From Verrucomicrobiales bacterium (GTDB taxonomy: Bacteria; Verrucomicrobiota; Verrucomicrobiia; Verrucomicrobiales; V1-33): a stretch of DNA of 64,000 bases. The position numbers and the translations under genes are program-made. Position 1 is the first letter of the stretch; each line of letters begins with the position of its first letter. Location: NCBI GenBank assembly GCA_031411295.1, contig JANOAV010000021.1:1-64000 (forward strand). The letters run 5' to 3'. The notes beneath the pieces are model-generated. The model made no database searches. It was given only the letters and a program-made list of their open reading frames with translations, and was not told where the DNA came from. Positions 46,982 to 57,500 of this stretch are shown here, one piece after another.

Positions 46982-47480
46982 GAACCCCTGTCCCTGCGGC
47001 TACTATGGCGACATGAAACGCGAGTGTCGTTGCAATCCCATCACCATTCAGCGCTACCGTTCCCGCATCTCCGGCCCGTTGTTAGACCGCATTGATCTTC
47101 ACGTGGAAGTCCCGTTAGTCGAGTTCCGTGATTTATCCAAAGCCGACGGCGGTGAAACCTCCGCCACCATTCGCGAGCGCGTGGAAAACGCCCGCGCCAT
47201 TCAAGTAGCGCGCTTCAAAGGCCAAAAGAACGTCACCAGCAACAGCGCCATGACGCCCCGGCTCATGAAGCAACATTGCCAAATCACTCAGGAAAGCCAA
47301 GCCATCTTGGAGCGATCCATGGATGAACTCAACTTCAGCGCGCGAGCCCACGACCGCATCCTCAAGGTGGCGCGAACGCTGGCCGACTTGGACGGCAAGG
47401 AATCCATCGAAGAAATTCACCTGCTGGAATCCATCAACTACCGCACCCTGGACCGTGGGATGCTAGGAAAATAGCAACTC
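46982..47480 (+). pseudogene. comM: Orphan 3' third of comM (right copy of the direct repeat)
   Basis: Encodes NPCPCGYYGDMKRE...DRGMLGK*; an in-frame stop lies just upstream of the repeat; only two amino-acid differences from the full gene (T>N, A>Q). Confidence 0.9.
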
Positions 47481-47499
47481 CCTCGAATTCGGTGCCCCC

Positions 47500-48417
47500 T
47501 TACCTTGCCTTCCGGAGTGCGATCAACTTCTTAGCGCACACCTCCCTGAGGCAATCGCGCAACCAGCGATGGGCTGGATCTGCATCCATCCTAGGGTGCC
47601 AGAGCAAGGAAACTGTGAACTCCGGGGTGGGGAATGGAAGTGGAAAACTATGCATCTGGGCACGGAGAATGCCGGTGTGTCGTTCGGGAACGGTGGCAAC
47701 TAAATCAGTGGCACCAGCCAGAGCCACCGCAGTCGAAAAGCCAGCGACGATGGTAACGATCTCCCGTTCCAGTCCCAACGCCTGCAACGCATCATCAATC
47801 GGCCCGCGCTCCAGTCCGTCTCGTGAGACGCTGATGTGACGCCCGGCGGCATACCGCGCTGGAGTGATTTTGCGCAGGCTCAGTGGATGTCCCAAGCGCA
47901 TCACCCCCACGTAACGGTCACGGAACAACGCGTGCACTCGCAGCTCTGGACCCGTCTTCTGATCCACCACGCCCGTTTCCAGATCCACGCTCCCTTCACG
48001 CAGTGGTGCGCTGTCCTTGTTTGGCTTCTGCACAAAAAACAGTCGCACGCCGGGCGCTTCCGCACTGACCCGAGCAATCAGATCAGGTCCGAAATTCTCG
48101 ACAAATCCTTCGCCCGTCCGCAGCGTGAAGGTTCGGTCTAACTGCTTGAGATTGAGCTTCTCGGCCGGACGCAACACCGCTTTGCTATCCTGAACGAGAT
48201 GACTGACTCGGTCCTTCAGTTCGAGCGCTCGCGGAGTTGGCACCAAGCCACGACCAGCCCGCACTAACAACGGATCTCCAGTCGTTTCGCGCAAGCGCGC
48301 CAACGCCCGACTCATGGCAGAAGGGCTGAGCCGCAAGCGTTTGGCGGCACGCGTCACGTTGCCTTCTGCCAGCAGCACCTCAAGGGTGACGAGTAAGTTG
48401 AGATCAGGGCGCGACAT
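47500..48417 (-). CDS. LysR-family transcriptional regulator
   Basis: MSRPDLNLLVTLEVLLAEGNVTRAAKRLRLSPSAMSRALARLRE..DPLLVRAGRGLVPTPRA; C-terminal WHPRMDADPAHRWLR. ATG 48417. Confidence 0.95.
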   Translation of the reverse strand: MSRPDLNLLVTLEVLLAEGNVTRAAKRLRLSPSAMSRALARLRETTGDPLLVRAGRGLVPTPRALELKDRVSHLVQDSKAVLRPAEKLNLKQLDRTFTLRTGEGFVENFGPDLIARVSAEAPGVRLFFVQKPNKDSAPLREGSVDLETGVVDQKTGPELRVHALFRDRYVGVMRLGHPLSLRKITPARYAAGRHISVSRDGLERGPIDDALQALGLEREIVTIVAGFSTAVALAGATDLVATVPERHTGILRAQMHSFPLPFPTPEFTVSLLWHPRMDADPAHRWLRDCLREVCAKKLIALRKAR

Positions 48418-48442
48418 ATTGCGGTTAGAGTGAGGTATGGCG

Positions 48443-48465
48443 TTGCACGCAATTATACTGTGCAA
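48443..48465. promoter_or_regulatory. Inverted repeat TTGCAC-N11-GTGCAA between the divergent LysR and MFS genes; probable regulator site
   Basis: Seen directly; position fits a divergent LysR operator. Confidence 0.5.
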
Positions 48466-48510
48466 TCAGTGCACTTTCCGCCATGCCAAATCAAGGTTTA
48501 AATCGGAATC

Positions 48511-49962
48511 ATGTTAAAACCAACTAATTCAGACCGGACCGCACCAATTTTTGCAAGCGGGACGCCATCAGCCCGATGGGCGCTGGCCAGCCTTGCGCTG
48601 TCCATGCTCATGCCATCGCTGGATACCAGCATCGCCCATGCCGGGCTGCCGGCGTTGGCCCATTCCTTCAACGCTTCCTTCCAGGAAGTTCAGTGGATCG
48701 TCCTTGCTTATTTGCTTACCATTACTGCGCTGATCGTTAGCGTGGGCAAGCTAGGTGATAGCATCGGCCGACGACGCCTACTGCTGATCGGAATTGGTAT
48801 GTTTACCCTCGCTTCGCTCCTCTGCGGAATCGCTCCCACGCTCTGGTGGCTGGTCTTAGCCCGGGCCGCGCAGGGCTTGGGAGCAGCGATGATGATGACC
48901 CTCACCATGGCCTTGGCTAGTGATATCCTGCCGCAGGCCCAGCTCGGTAGGGCCCTGGGATTGCTCGGAACGATGTCTGCCATCGGCACCACCCTTGGTC
49001 CGTCGGTTGGTGGCTGGTTGATCACTGGCTTTGGCTGGCCCATGATCTTTATCCTAAATGTGCCGTTGGGAATCATTAATTTCCTCATGGCGCTGCACAC
49101 ACTGCCGATGGATCAACGGGAAGCAAAATCGCATCGGGCCGAGTTTGATATCGCGGGCACCCTGATGCTGGTAGGGACGCTGGTTGCCTATGCGCTGGCC
49201 ATGACCACCGGACATGGGCAGTTCGGCTCGACTAACATTACCTTGCTACTGGCAGCACTTGGTGGAATCGGAGGCTTTGTCCTGATTGAAGCCAGAGTCA
49301 CCTCGCCTCTAATTCAGATGGCCATGTTTCGCGATCCGGTGCTCAGCTCGAGCCTCACCATGAGCACGCTCGTTTCAACCGTCATGATGGCCACGCTGGT
49401 GGTCGGCCCCTTCTATCTTACCCATGCGCTCGGGCTTCGCTCCACATTGGGTGGACTCGCGTTATCCGCTGGACCGCTGATCGCTGCCTTGACCGGGGTG
49501 CCTGCGGGTTTCCTCGTCGATCGCTTTGGCGCTCAACGCATGGCGGTGATTGGCCTTCTGGGCATTGCGATCGGTTCCTCCATGTTAGCGATTATCCCCC
49601 TCAGTTTTGGCCTCGTCGGCTACCTCCTGCCCATCACCGTCCTCACGGCAAATTATGCATTGTTTCAAGCGGCCAACAACACCGTCCTGATGACCGGCCT
49701 TGGCCAGCGGCAGCGGGGCACCATTTCGGGACTGGTCAGCCTGTCACGTAACCTTGGGTTTATCACTGGCACAGCCGTCATGGGGGCAATATTTGCCGCC
49801 GCATCCGCCACCACTAACAGCAACCCAACAGATTCCGCAGCCATCGCCATTGGGATGCGCACCACCTTCGCAGTGGCTGCCGGCCTCATCGTTCTTGCGC
49901 TCGCGATCGCCTTGTTCAGCCGTCGATTGCCCCGCAGACTTACCTTCATCTCGACTAGTTAG
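48511..49962 (+). CDS. MFS transporter, DHA2/EmrB-QacA-like (14 TM)
   Basis: LDTSIAHAGLP, motif A GKLGDSIGRRR, ARAAQGLG, motif C GPSVGGWL..W..IFILNVPLG. Confidence 0.93.
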   Translation: MLKPTNSDRTAPIFASGTPSARWALASLALSMLMPSLDTSIAHAGLPALAHSFNASFQEVQWIVLAYLLTITALIVSVGKLGDSIGRRRLLLIGIGMFTLASLLCGIAPTLWWLVLARAAQGLGAAMMMTLTMALASDILPQAQLGRALGLLGTMSAIGTTLGPSVGGWLITGFGWPMIFILNVPLGIINFLMALHTLPMDQREAKSHRAEFDIAGTLMLVGTLVAYALAMTTGHGQFGSTNITLLLAALGGIGGFVLIEARVTSPLIQMAMFRDPVLSSSLTMSTLVSTVMMATLVVGPFYLTHALGLRSTLGGLALSAGPLIAALTGVPAGFLVDRFGAQRMAVIGLLGIAIGSSMLAIIPLSFGLVGYLLPITVLTANYALFQAANNTVLMTGLGQRQRGTISGLVSLSRNLGFITGTAVMGAIFAAASATTNSNPTDSAAIAIGMRTTFAVAAGLIVLALAIALFSRRLPRRLTFISTS

Positions 49963-51121
49963 TCGGTGCTCCATTCTTGATTAAGCTCTTGTTCGCCTCC
50001 GAAATCGAATCAAGTTGCCATGACCGGGCATTGTCAGCAGTGACATTGAAGTCCTGCTGGCTCTTCAAATCAAACACCCAAAGCGCTGCCAGCGGAATCT
50101 CATGATCCACAATAGCCTTCAAAAGGCGGCGGTATTTCGCGGCCTGTTCAGGCGTTTCGCCCTGGGCACCAAACTCGCCAACGAACAGCGGTTTATTGAG
50201 CTTCCGGGCGACCGCCATCGCCTCGGGGAAACGTTTGTCGTCATTTTCATACGCATGCAGGGCGATTCCGCTAACAGGATCCGGATTGGCGAGCGTCAGC
50301 ATTTCCGCAAACTGCTCCGGCGTATCCTGCGTCCATTTGTTTTCATGTTGCTGATGCCAGGCCGAGAGCCGGGGAAAACTATCTCCCGTTAGGATCAGCC
50401 GTTTCGAATCGTGTGCGCGCACCGCCTTCGCAAACTCCGCGAATGCAACGCGCACTATGGCGAAAGTAAGATCATCCCGCTCGCTCCGCGTCTCCGGCGT
50501 GCCGAGCGTGGGATGCACTGCCGGGCGATGCTCCTTCGCATTCGGAAGGTTGGCTTGCAGCGAGTATTCATTACCCAACTCCCATGCCCAAATCGTAGGG
50601 TTGTCGCGATAACGCGTCACCACCTCCTGCACATACGTTCTCATCCAAGCCTGCGTTTTGCTTTGTGGATTCCCCCACTGATCCATCGGCTCGCCCACGA
50701 GGTCGGGCACGCAGGCGAACAACCAGAACAACGACGGCACCAGTCCCACGCCATGGCTCTCCGCAGACCTCACCACCCCATCAAGCCGTTTAAAATACTC
50801 CGCCCGATCCTTCTGATACAGCTCCATGTCCCTCGGCCAGAAGCCAGTCGCGCAGAAGCGCGCAAACGGAATTCCTTTGGCCGCCAACGTCGCGAAACCA
50901 GCATCATAGCTCGTGTCCTCACCCCTTTTCAGCGTGCGCAGGAAGCAATCAAAGTAATTAATCCCAATGCCCCGATACGGCTTGCCCTCCTTGAGCACCG
51001 AGGCATTAGGGCCATTTGTCAGCCCCATTGGCTTAGCTTTCGGAGGACCGGATGCCTCCGCCCCCAGCGCGGCCCAGGCCGTGAGCAACAAAGCGGAAAT
51101 GACGAGCAGAGAGTGTTTCAT
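49955..51121 (-). CDS. GH5-like (clan GH-A) glycoside hydrolase, exported
   Basis: Signal peptide MKHSLLVISALLLTAWAALG (ATG 51121); GINYF, VVTRYRDNPTIWAWELGNE (acid/base), HAY, KPLFVGEFG (nucleophile). Confidence 0.85.
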   Translation of the reverse strand: MKHSLLVISALLLTAWAALGAEASGPPKAKPMGLTNGPNASVLKEGKPYRGIGINYFDCFLRTLKRGEDTSYDAGFATLAAKGIPFARFCATGFWPRDMELYQKDRAEYFKRLDGVVRSAESHGVGLVPSLFWLFACVPDLVGEPMDQWGNPQSKTQAWMRTYVQEVVTRYRDNPTIWAWELGNEYSLQANLPNAKEHRPAVHPTLGTPETRSERDDLTFAIVRVAFAEFAKAVRAHDSKRLILTGDSFPRLSAWHQQHENKWTQDTPEQFAEMLTLANPDPVSGIALHAYENDDKRFPEAMAVARKLNKPLFVGEFGAQGETPEQAAKYRRLLKAIVDHEIPLAALWVFDLKSQQDFNVTADNARSWQLDSISEANKSLIKNGAPTN

Positions 51122-51443
51122 AATAGATTGACGGTGGGCTAGGGTTTCGTGAAGGTGGGAATGATCGGTTGCGCCAGCGCGTGCAGCATAGCACCCATAC
51201 TCTTGTCGTGCGAGGTGACAACAGTGACAAGATCGAGTTCGTGCGCTGGAGCATCGAGACGTAGAGATTGGGCAGCGGTTGATGATCTGGAGTTGCACGC
51301 GTTTGGCCCTGAATTTTTCGTGACGGGAAAGGTTTTGGTAATTTGCCGATGCATTTGTGTAAATGATCTTAGAGGACATATGTATCAAATTAGGGGAAAC
51401 CGTTCCATTCGCACCATGAGCGGCATCGTTCACCGTCAGCCGT

Positions 51444-54400
51444 CTACCGCGTGACCTTCAATCTCACGAAGCGCCGCGCCACCCCACTGCCAGCAGCTAG
51501 GGTGACTTTCACACGTTGCATCACTCCATTGTCGCTGAGAATCACGGGGCCGCTTACGCCAGTCGCGGTCCAGCTTCCAGCAGCAAGCGTGTCGCTCCAT
51601 TCGACGATATAGGTCACATCCGTGGCGGATTTGTTTTTGGCGTAAACGAAGTCGAGGGTGCTGCCGTTTTTGGTCGCGGACTGCGGGACCATGTCATTCA
51701 AGGCGGGGTTCATCTTCGTTGCGTATTCGATCAAGTTCACAACGCCGTCGCGGTCGTTGTCAGCTGCATCCGACGCAGTGCCTGCGTTGGCGGCTGTGCC
51801 GAAGTGTTGCTGACGCCATGTTTGGAGGGGGGTGCCAGTGACGGTGACGGTGAAGCTTCGCGTGTAGCTCAGGGTGCCATCGCTGGCAGTGACGCCGACG
51901 GTCGTGGTGCCGAGTTGATCCGTCAGAGGCGTGGCAGCGATGGTGTAGAAAGGTGAGTCGCCTTCGAGGACGATCACGCTCGTTGGCAGCAATGCCGCGG
52001 TGCTCGAGGTGGCCGTGACTTGGAGGCTGCCTTGCGCGGTGTCGTCTTCGGCGAGGAAAAGTCGCGCGGGGAGCGTGCTGTTGAGCGCGATGATTTGGTC
52101 CGGCAGATTGGTCACCGTTGGCGTGCACGAGATCGGCGTGAGGCGAATGTAGTCGAGCGTGAGATCGTAGTCGGTGGCACTGCCGTTCTTACCGGTAACG
52201 GTGCAGCGGAATTGCCAGTCACCTGCCGAGTTAAAGGTGACGGTGCCGAGGTCGAAGACGGCCGCAGCGGCGGTGCTCGCATCAGTATCCTGCCCGGCAC
52301 CGACATTAGTGAAGGTCGTGCCACCCGGAGGCGCGACAGCGAGTTGGAATCGGCCTCCGCTCGCCAACTTCAGCACGCCGAGCTTCACATTCCACTGCCC
52401 GCTGAATGGAACCTGCGCTTGCAGCGTGATGAAGTCATTCGCGGCGTTCGCACTGAGCTTCCGTCCCGCGTTGCCGCTTAGTTTTGTGTCGGTCACGGCT
52501 GCCTGCGTGTCGCCACTCGAGAGCGCGAGCACCGTGAGCTTTTCACACTGCCCGGCGAGCGCGTTCCACATGCCCCAGTAGGCGGGTTTGCGATCAAGGT
52601 TGAAGTCGAAAGGCAACGCCTGCCCGAAGCCGGGATAAAAGGCAGGAATCCACGACGATCCATCATACACGCCCCAAGTTTGGAATACCTTCAAGCGGCT
52701 GTAACCGAGCGCGGCGCCGAGGTATTCGAAGTAGTCGTCGCCCTGCCCGGCCAGGTCGGCGGTGGTGGCAAAGCCGTTCGCATCCACGGGCAGGCGGAGA
52801 TCGAGTTCAGTGACGTGCAGGTCTAGACCGAGGTCCTGGAAGCGCTGGAAGTTTGTGCGCACGGAGGTTCCACTCGGCGGAGTGCTGAAGTGCGACTGGA
52901 AACCGACGCCTTGCACCGGCACGCCAGCAGTTACAAAACTCGAAAGCATTGTGTATAGCCCGTCGCTCTTCGTGTTGTCTTCTTCGATGCTGTAGTCGTT
53001 GTAGATCAGCAAGGCATCGGGATCAGCAGCGCGTGCATGGATAAAGGCCTCGCGAAGATATTGATTACCGTTAGCAGCGTAGCCAATGCCCGGCGTGTCA
53101 TACCAGAGCGTGCTGCGCAGGCCGCCATTGCTGTCGTTGATCGCCTCGTTGGCCACATCCCAATACGGCAGGCGGCCATGAAAGTAGGCGCTCTTAGTGT
53201 CGATCTGGTCCCACAGCATGGTCTGCAATTGCGGTGCCGTGAAGGTGCCCGAACTGACCCAACTCGGCAGCCCACTGTGCCAGACAAACGTGTGCCCGCG
53301 CGACGAACCACCGCTAGCGAGCCCCAGCTCGATGATCGCATTCGCCTCTGCAAACGTCCAGATCCCATCCGCTGGCTCCGTGCCTGCGAACTTCAGCGCG
53401 TTGCCCGGAGAGGAGAGATGGAAGTGCGCGCTCATTGCCGCGCGGAACCGTGGATTCTCGGCAAAGTCCGACACGCCCAATCCGCCCGAGCCAAGCCGCA
53501 GCGCGGGATATGCCGCCGCAGCGCGCCGAAGTCCCGTGACCGGTGCGAAGTAACAATCATCCACCCGCATCGACACACCAATGGGCGGGCCCTCGACAAA
53601 GAACTTCACATTCGTAAGCCCGCTCGTCGCGGGCAGCGTTACGTAGCCGGAGAGCCACGTCCACGTCCACGTCGCGCTCGTCGCCGTGCCTGTGGCAATG
53701 GCGAAGAAACGCGACCCGCTGCTGTCGATCACCTCCATCGTCAGCTTCACCGTCGCCGCCGTCGCACTATCCGTCGTCACCCAGCCTGCTCCGTAATACA
53801 TCCTGCCATCCTCCGTCTTGCCAAAGACCGACTGCTCCATCCCATGCCACGTCGCGGTGCGATTGCCCACCGAGGCCGCACCCGCGCCTGAATGCGGAGA
53901 TGTCGAGGAAGTCACGCTCGCCGTTCCACGGCCGTTCCAACTGGCAGTGCCATTCTCAAAGCCAGGATTCGTCAGCAGATTTTCGATCGAATCCACATCC
54001 ACTGCACTGAACGACACATCATCTACAAACAAGTCCACGCCCGATGGCGGGCCATTGAAGTAGAGGTTCAAGACCGTGAGTGGACCATTCACATCGAACC
54101 GAAACACACCACTGATCGGCATCCAGGTATTGGCCACCTGCAGGGACTTCACCGTGTAAAACTTCCCGCCATAGGTGTCGGTCTGCTGGACCGACACATT
54201 GACCGTCACCGCAGTCGCATTCGACGTCCGCACCCAACCCGAGGCGACATAACACTTCCCTGAAACTGCACCGCTCGTGAGCAACGAGTTCCGCAGGCCG
54301 TGATTAGTAGCGGTGCGATTTGTCGAACGCCCCACTTGAGTTCCCGAGTGAGGCGATGTCGCGACCACCTGTGCCGTCCCACCACCAAAATTAGCCCATC

Positions 54401-54521
54401 CTGTGAGCCCGGACTCAAAGCCGGGATTGCTGACAAGATTGACCGGTGTTGCAAAGGCGGGACACGTCATCGCGATCCACCCCAGCATGAATGGAAGCAA
54501 TGAAGGACGAGTGGAAATCAT
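51444..54521 (-). CDS. GH10 endo-xylanase-like enzyme with two CBM4_9/CBM22-like modules, accessory domains and verrucomicrobial C-terminal domain
   Basis: [11 protein letters not shown] and [11 protein letters not shown] modules; [43 protein letters not shown] 54521 overlaps the upstream stop (ATGA). Confidence 0.92.
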   Translation of the reverse strand: MISTRPSLLPFMLGWIAMTCPAFATPVNLVSNPGFESGLTGWANFGGGTAQVVATSPHSGTQVGRSTNRTATNHGLRNSLLTSGAVSGKCYVASGWVRTSNATAVTVNVSVQQTDTYGGKFYTVKSLQVANTWMPISGVFRFDVNGPLTVLNLYFNGPPSGVDLFVDDVSFSAVDVDSIENLLTNPGFENGTASWNGRGTASVTSSTSPHSGAGAASVGNRTATWHGMEQSVFGKTEDGRMYYGAGWVTTDSATAATVKLTMEVIDSSGSRFFAIATGTATSATWTWTWLSGYVTLPATSGLTNVKFFVEGPPIGVSMRVDDCYFAPVTGLRRAAAAYPALRLGSGGLGVSDFAENPRFRAAMSAHFHLSSPGNALKFAGTEPADGIWTFAEANAIIELGLASGGSSRGHTFVWHSGLPSWVSSGTFTAPQLQTMLWDQIDTKSAYFHGRLPYWDVANEAINDSNGGLRSTLWYDTPGIGYAANGNQYLREAFIHARAADPDALLIYNDYSIEEDNTKSDGLYTMLSSFVTAGVPVQGVGFQSHFSTPPSGTSVRTNFQRFQDLGLDLHVTELDLRLPVDANGFATTADLAGQGDDYFEYLGAALGYSRLKVFQTWGVYDGSSWIPAFYPGFGQALPFDFNLDRKPAYWGMWNALAGQCEKLTVLALSSGDTQAAVTDTKLSGNAGRKLSANAANDFITLQAQVPFSGQWNVKLGVLKLASGGRFQLAVAPPGGTTFTNVGAGQDTDASTAAAAVFDLGTVTFNSAGDWQFRCTVTGKNGSATDYDLTLDYIRLTPISCTPTVTNLPDQIIALNSTLPARLFLAEDDTAQGSLQVTATSSTAALLPTSVIVLEGDSPFYTIAATPLTDQLGTTTVGVTASDGTLSYTRSFTVTVTGTPLQTWRQQHFGTAANAGTASDAADNDRDGVVNLIEYATKMNPALNDMVPQSATKNGSTLDFVYAKNKSATDVTYIVEWSDTLAAGSWTATGVSGPVILSDNGVMQRVKVTLAAGSGVARRFVRLKVTR

Positions 54522-57500
54522 GGCCGGGTTACTTTGAGATGCACGAAGCGCCTGGCGCTTCCCGCTGGCATCACCGCTTTCCATTGCTGTGTGACGCCAT
54601 TGTCGGAGCCAGCGACGAGCGATTGCGTCACACCGACAGTGCTCCAATCATTGCCGAGGGTATCGCTCCATTCGACAATGAAAGTCACGTCGGTGGCGGA
54701 TTTGTTTTTGGTGTAAACGAACTCAAGATTCGCGCCATTCTTCGTGGCGGACTGCGGCACCATGTCGTTGAGCGCGGGGTTCATCTTCGTCGCGTATTCG
54801 ATGAGATTTGAAACGCCATCGCCATCACCATCTAGGGTGTCGAGGCCTGCGCCGTTGTTGAGCATGGAGCCGAAGTTGGTGAAGCGCCATTGCTCGATGG
54901 GGCTGGTGATCAGAGTGAGGACGACGTCGTTGCCGGTTCGGAGGTTGTAGTTGATGCGGAAGGTGTAGCCGCTAGTGCTGGCGAAGGTGCTGTTGTTCGC
55001 TTTGCCGGTGAAGGTGCCGCTGACGGCGGTGGCGCTGGTGTTGTTGAGGATGGTGAAGACGCTGCCGGGCGCGAGATTGGGCGCGGTGATGAGATCGAGC
55101 GCGCCGTTGAGCGTGCTCGTGGTGGCTGTGAGCTGGTCGTTGCTGCCGTTGTTCAAGCGGAGGCGCAACGTGCCTGCTGGTCCTTGGGTGAAGCTGCTCG
55201 TGGTGCTCGGCGTGCCTTGCGGCGCAAGGATGGCGTTGTTCGTGATGGCGCTGGTGAGCGTGCTGCCGAGCGCGAGTGTGCCAGCGCTCACGGTGGTCGC
55301 GCCGGTGTTGGTGTTCGAGCCGTTGAGGGTAAGGGTGCCACTGCCGACCTTCGTCATGGCAGCGGAGCCGGTGATTCCGGGATTGATGATGATGTCGCCG
55401 CTGCCGCCGATGCTGCCGGTGGCTCCCATGATGACGGCGGACAAATTCGCGATCGCGGTGGTGCCTGAGCCGCTGCTGAAGGTGACGCTCGGTGCGCTGA
55501 TGTAGCCGCTGCCGGGATTCGTGACCTGGATGCCGGCGACGATGAAGTTCGTCGCGTTGCCGGTGCCGGTCGGATTCGTTCCAGCGGTCGTCACGGTGCC
55601 GCCGCTGAAGGCGATGGTCGGTGCGGTGGTGTAGCCGGTGCCTGCATTCGTGATCGTGATGATCGAAACGACGCCGCTGGTCAAGACAGCCGTGCCAGTG
55701 GCTCCGCTGCCGCCTCCGCCAGTGATCGTGACCGTGGGCGCTGCGGAATAAACCGTTGTGCCGCCTGCAATCGTGAAACTCGCGGCGCTGAGGCCGAGGG
55801 TCGCAGTGGCGGTTGCGTTGCCGGTGAGAATGACATTCGGCACGGCGCTGTGCACGCCGCCTGCGGTGGTTGAGATGCTCGAAACGACGCCGCTCGCAAT
55901 GCTGGCGGCGGTGGCGCTGTTGTTGATCATGCCGCCGACATTGCTCACACCGGTGCCACGCACGTTGATGATGTCGTTGATGTTTTGCTGGCCATTCAAA
56001 TCCAGCGTGGCTCCTGCGGTGGTGCTGGTGCTGCCGTTGGCATTGCCAAAGGTGCTGCCGCCATTTCCAAGCGCGGCAGGTCCACCGAGGATGAGTGTGC
56101 CTGCCAACACGTTGGTGGTGCCGCTGTGCGAGTTGTTACCAGAGAGTGTCCACGTTCCCGCTTCTTCTTTGGAGATCGAGAGCACGTTGGTCGCGTTGCC
56201 ATTGCTAATGTCGCCAGTGATGACGCCATTGCCTATGCCCATGAGTTTTAAAGTGCGGCTTGTGGTATTAGTCGTGATGGAGCCTGTGAGTGTGAGCGTG
56301 CCTGCATTTGAATACATACGCGTGGAGCCTCCTCCGCCGGTGAGTGTGATCAGTCCATTCAACGTGTTGTTTCCTGCTTCATTGACGATGGCACCGTTGT
56401 TGTCGTTGCTGGTGAGATAGCTGATGCCCGCGGGGAGCTCGATGGGATCGCTGCTGCCATCGAGCCGGAGTTGCGGTGCGCCAGCAGTGCCGTTGCTCAA
56501 AGTGACGGTCTTCGTGCCATCGCCGAGCGCGGTGCTGTTAGTGATGCGCAGTGCGCCGCTGCTGACGTTCACGCCACCATCAAAGGTGTTCGTGCCGCTG
56601 AAGACGACGGTGCCTGCGCCGAGCGGACAATCAATCTGCACGCCGCCGGTGCCGGTGATGGCGTTCGGCACATCGAGCGTGCCGGTGCGATCAAAACGCA
56701 GTGTGCCGTTGTTGATCACGTCGCCGCTGCCGAGGCTGCCGGTGGCTCCGTCGTTGCCAATTTGCAACGTGCCGGAGCTGATGGTGGTGTCGCCAGTGTA
56801 GGTGTTCGTTCCAGCGAGGATGAGCGTGCTGGAGCTGCTCGTGCGAGTGAGGCTGCCTGCGCCGCTGATGTCGCCGGCGAAGATGAACTTGCCGCTGTTG
56901 GTCGCGTTGAATGTCGTGTCGGCTCCGAGCGTGATCGGTGTGCTGATCGTGTAGGTCAGCGAGTTCGTGGTGGAGCCGGAGGTGCCGGTGAGATTCACGG
57001 TGGGCATGGTGGTGCCGTTGTTGAGCAACTGGAAGCTGCCGCCGCTGATCGTCGCTGTGGTCGCGGCACTGCTCGTGCCTGCGAGCGTGAGATTGTTCAT
57101 CTGGAAAGTGCCCGCGATGTCGTTGTTCGATGCAACGGCTCCACCGGCGAGCGTTTGGCCAGTGAAGAACTGAACGGAGGCTCCGCGTGTGCTTGTGGGC
57201 GTGGCGCCGCTCTGCCAGTTCGTGCCCGTGCTCCACGGCAGTGATGCAGCGGTGCTTGGGTTGGTCCAAACGTAGTTCACTGCCGCAGCGGAGAGCGAGA
57301 TGGTGCCTGTGGCGGTTTTCCCGCCGAAGTGGCGGACGGTCTTGCCGTTGGCGAGTGCCCCAATTTCGTTATTCTCCGGCGAAGAGCTAAGCGCAGCATT
57401 GAACACCGCGAGTTCGTCGAGCTGACCATTAAACCACCGCGGTGCATACGTTGCCGTCGTGTCCGTGTGCCCGGCGAAGATCAGCGGGTAAGCCTGATTA

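Larger units (their letters stand above)
30108..47480. mobile_element. comM-anchored genomic island (about 16.9 kb) flanked by duplicated comM 3' ends; no integrase gene
   Basis: Repeat starts at the GAACCCCTGTCC (NPCPCG) codons and ends 6 nt after the stop. Cargo is a giant subtilase, an ECF sigma and two kinases, with an AT-rich non-coding right junction (46750-46981). Confidence 0.8.

Noticed and set aside
46960..46995. tRNA-like look of CGCCCCCGCTCGAACCCC at the island junction
   Set aside because: No cloverleaf can be formed; GAACCCC belongs to the comM codons.
47013..47474. 153-aa ORF as an independent functional protein
   Set aside because: It starts at an internal comM Met and lacks the Walker motifs; better explained as the repeat copy, though expression cannot be excluded.
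51122..51433. N-terminal extension of the GH5-like ORF and small ORFs in this gap
   Set aside because: The signal peptide starts at 51121; the extension and small ORFs have no supportable identity.
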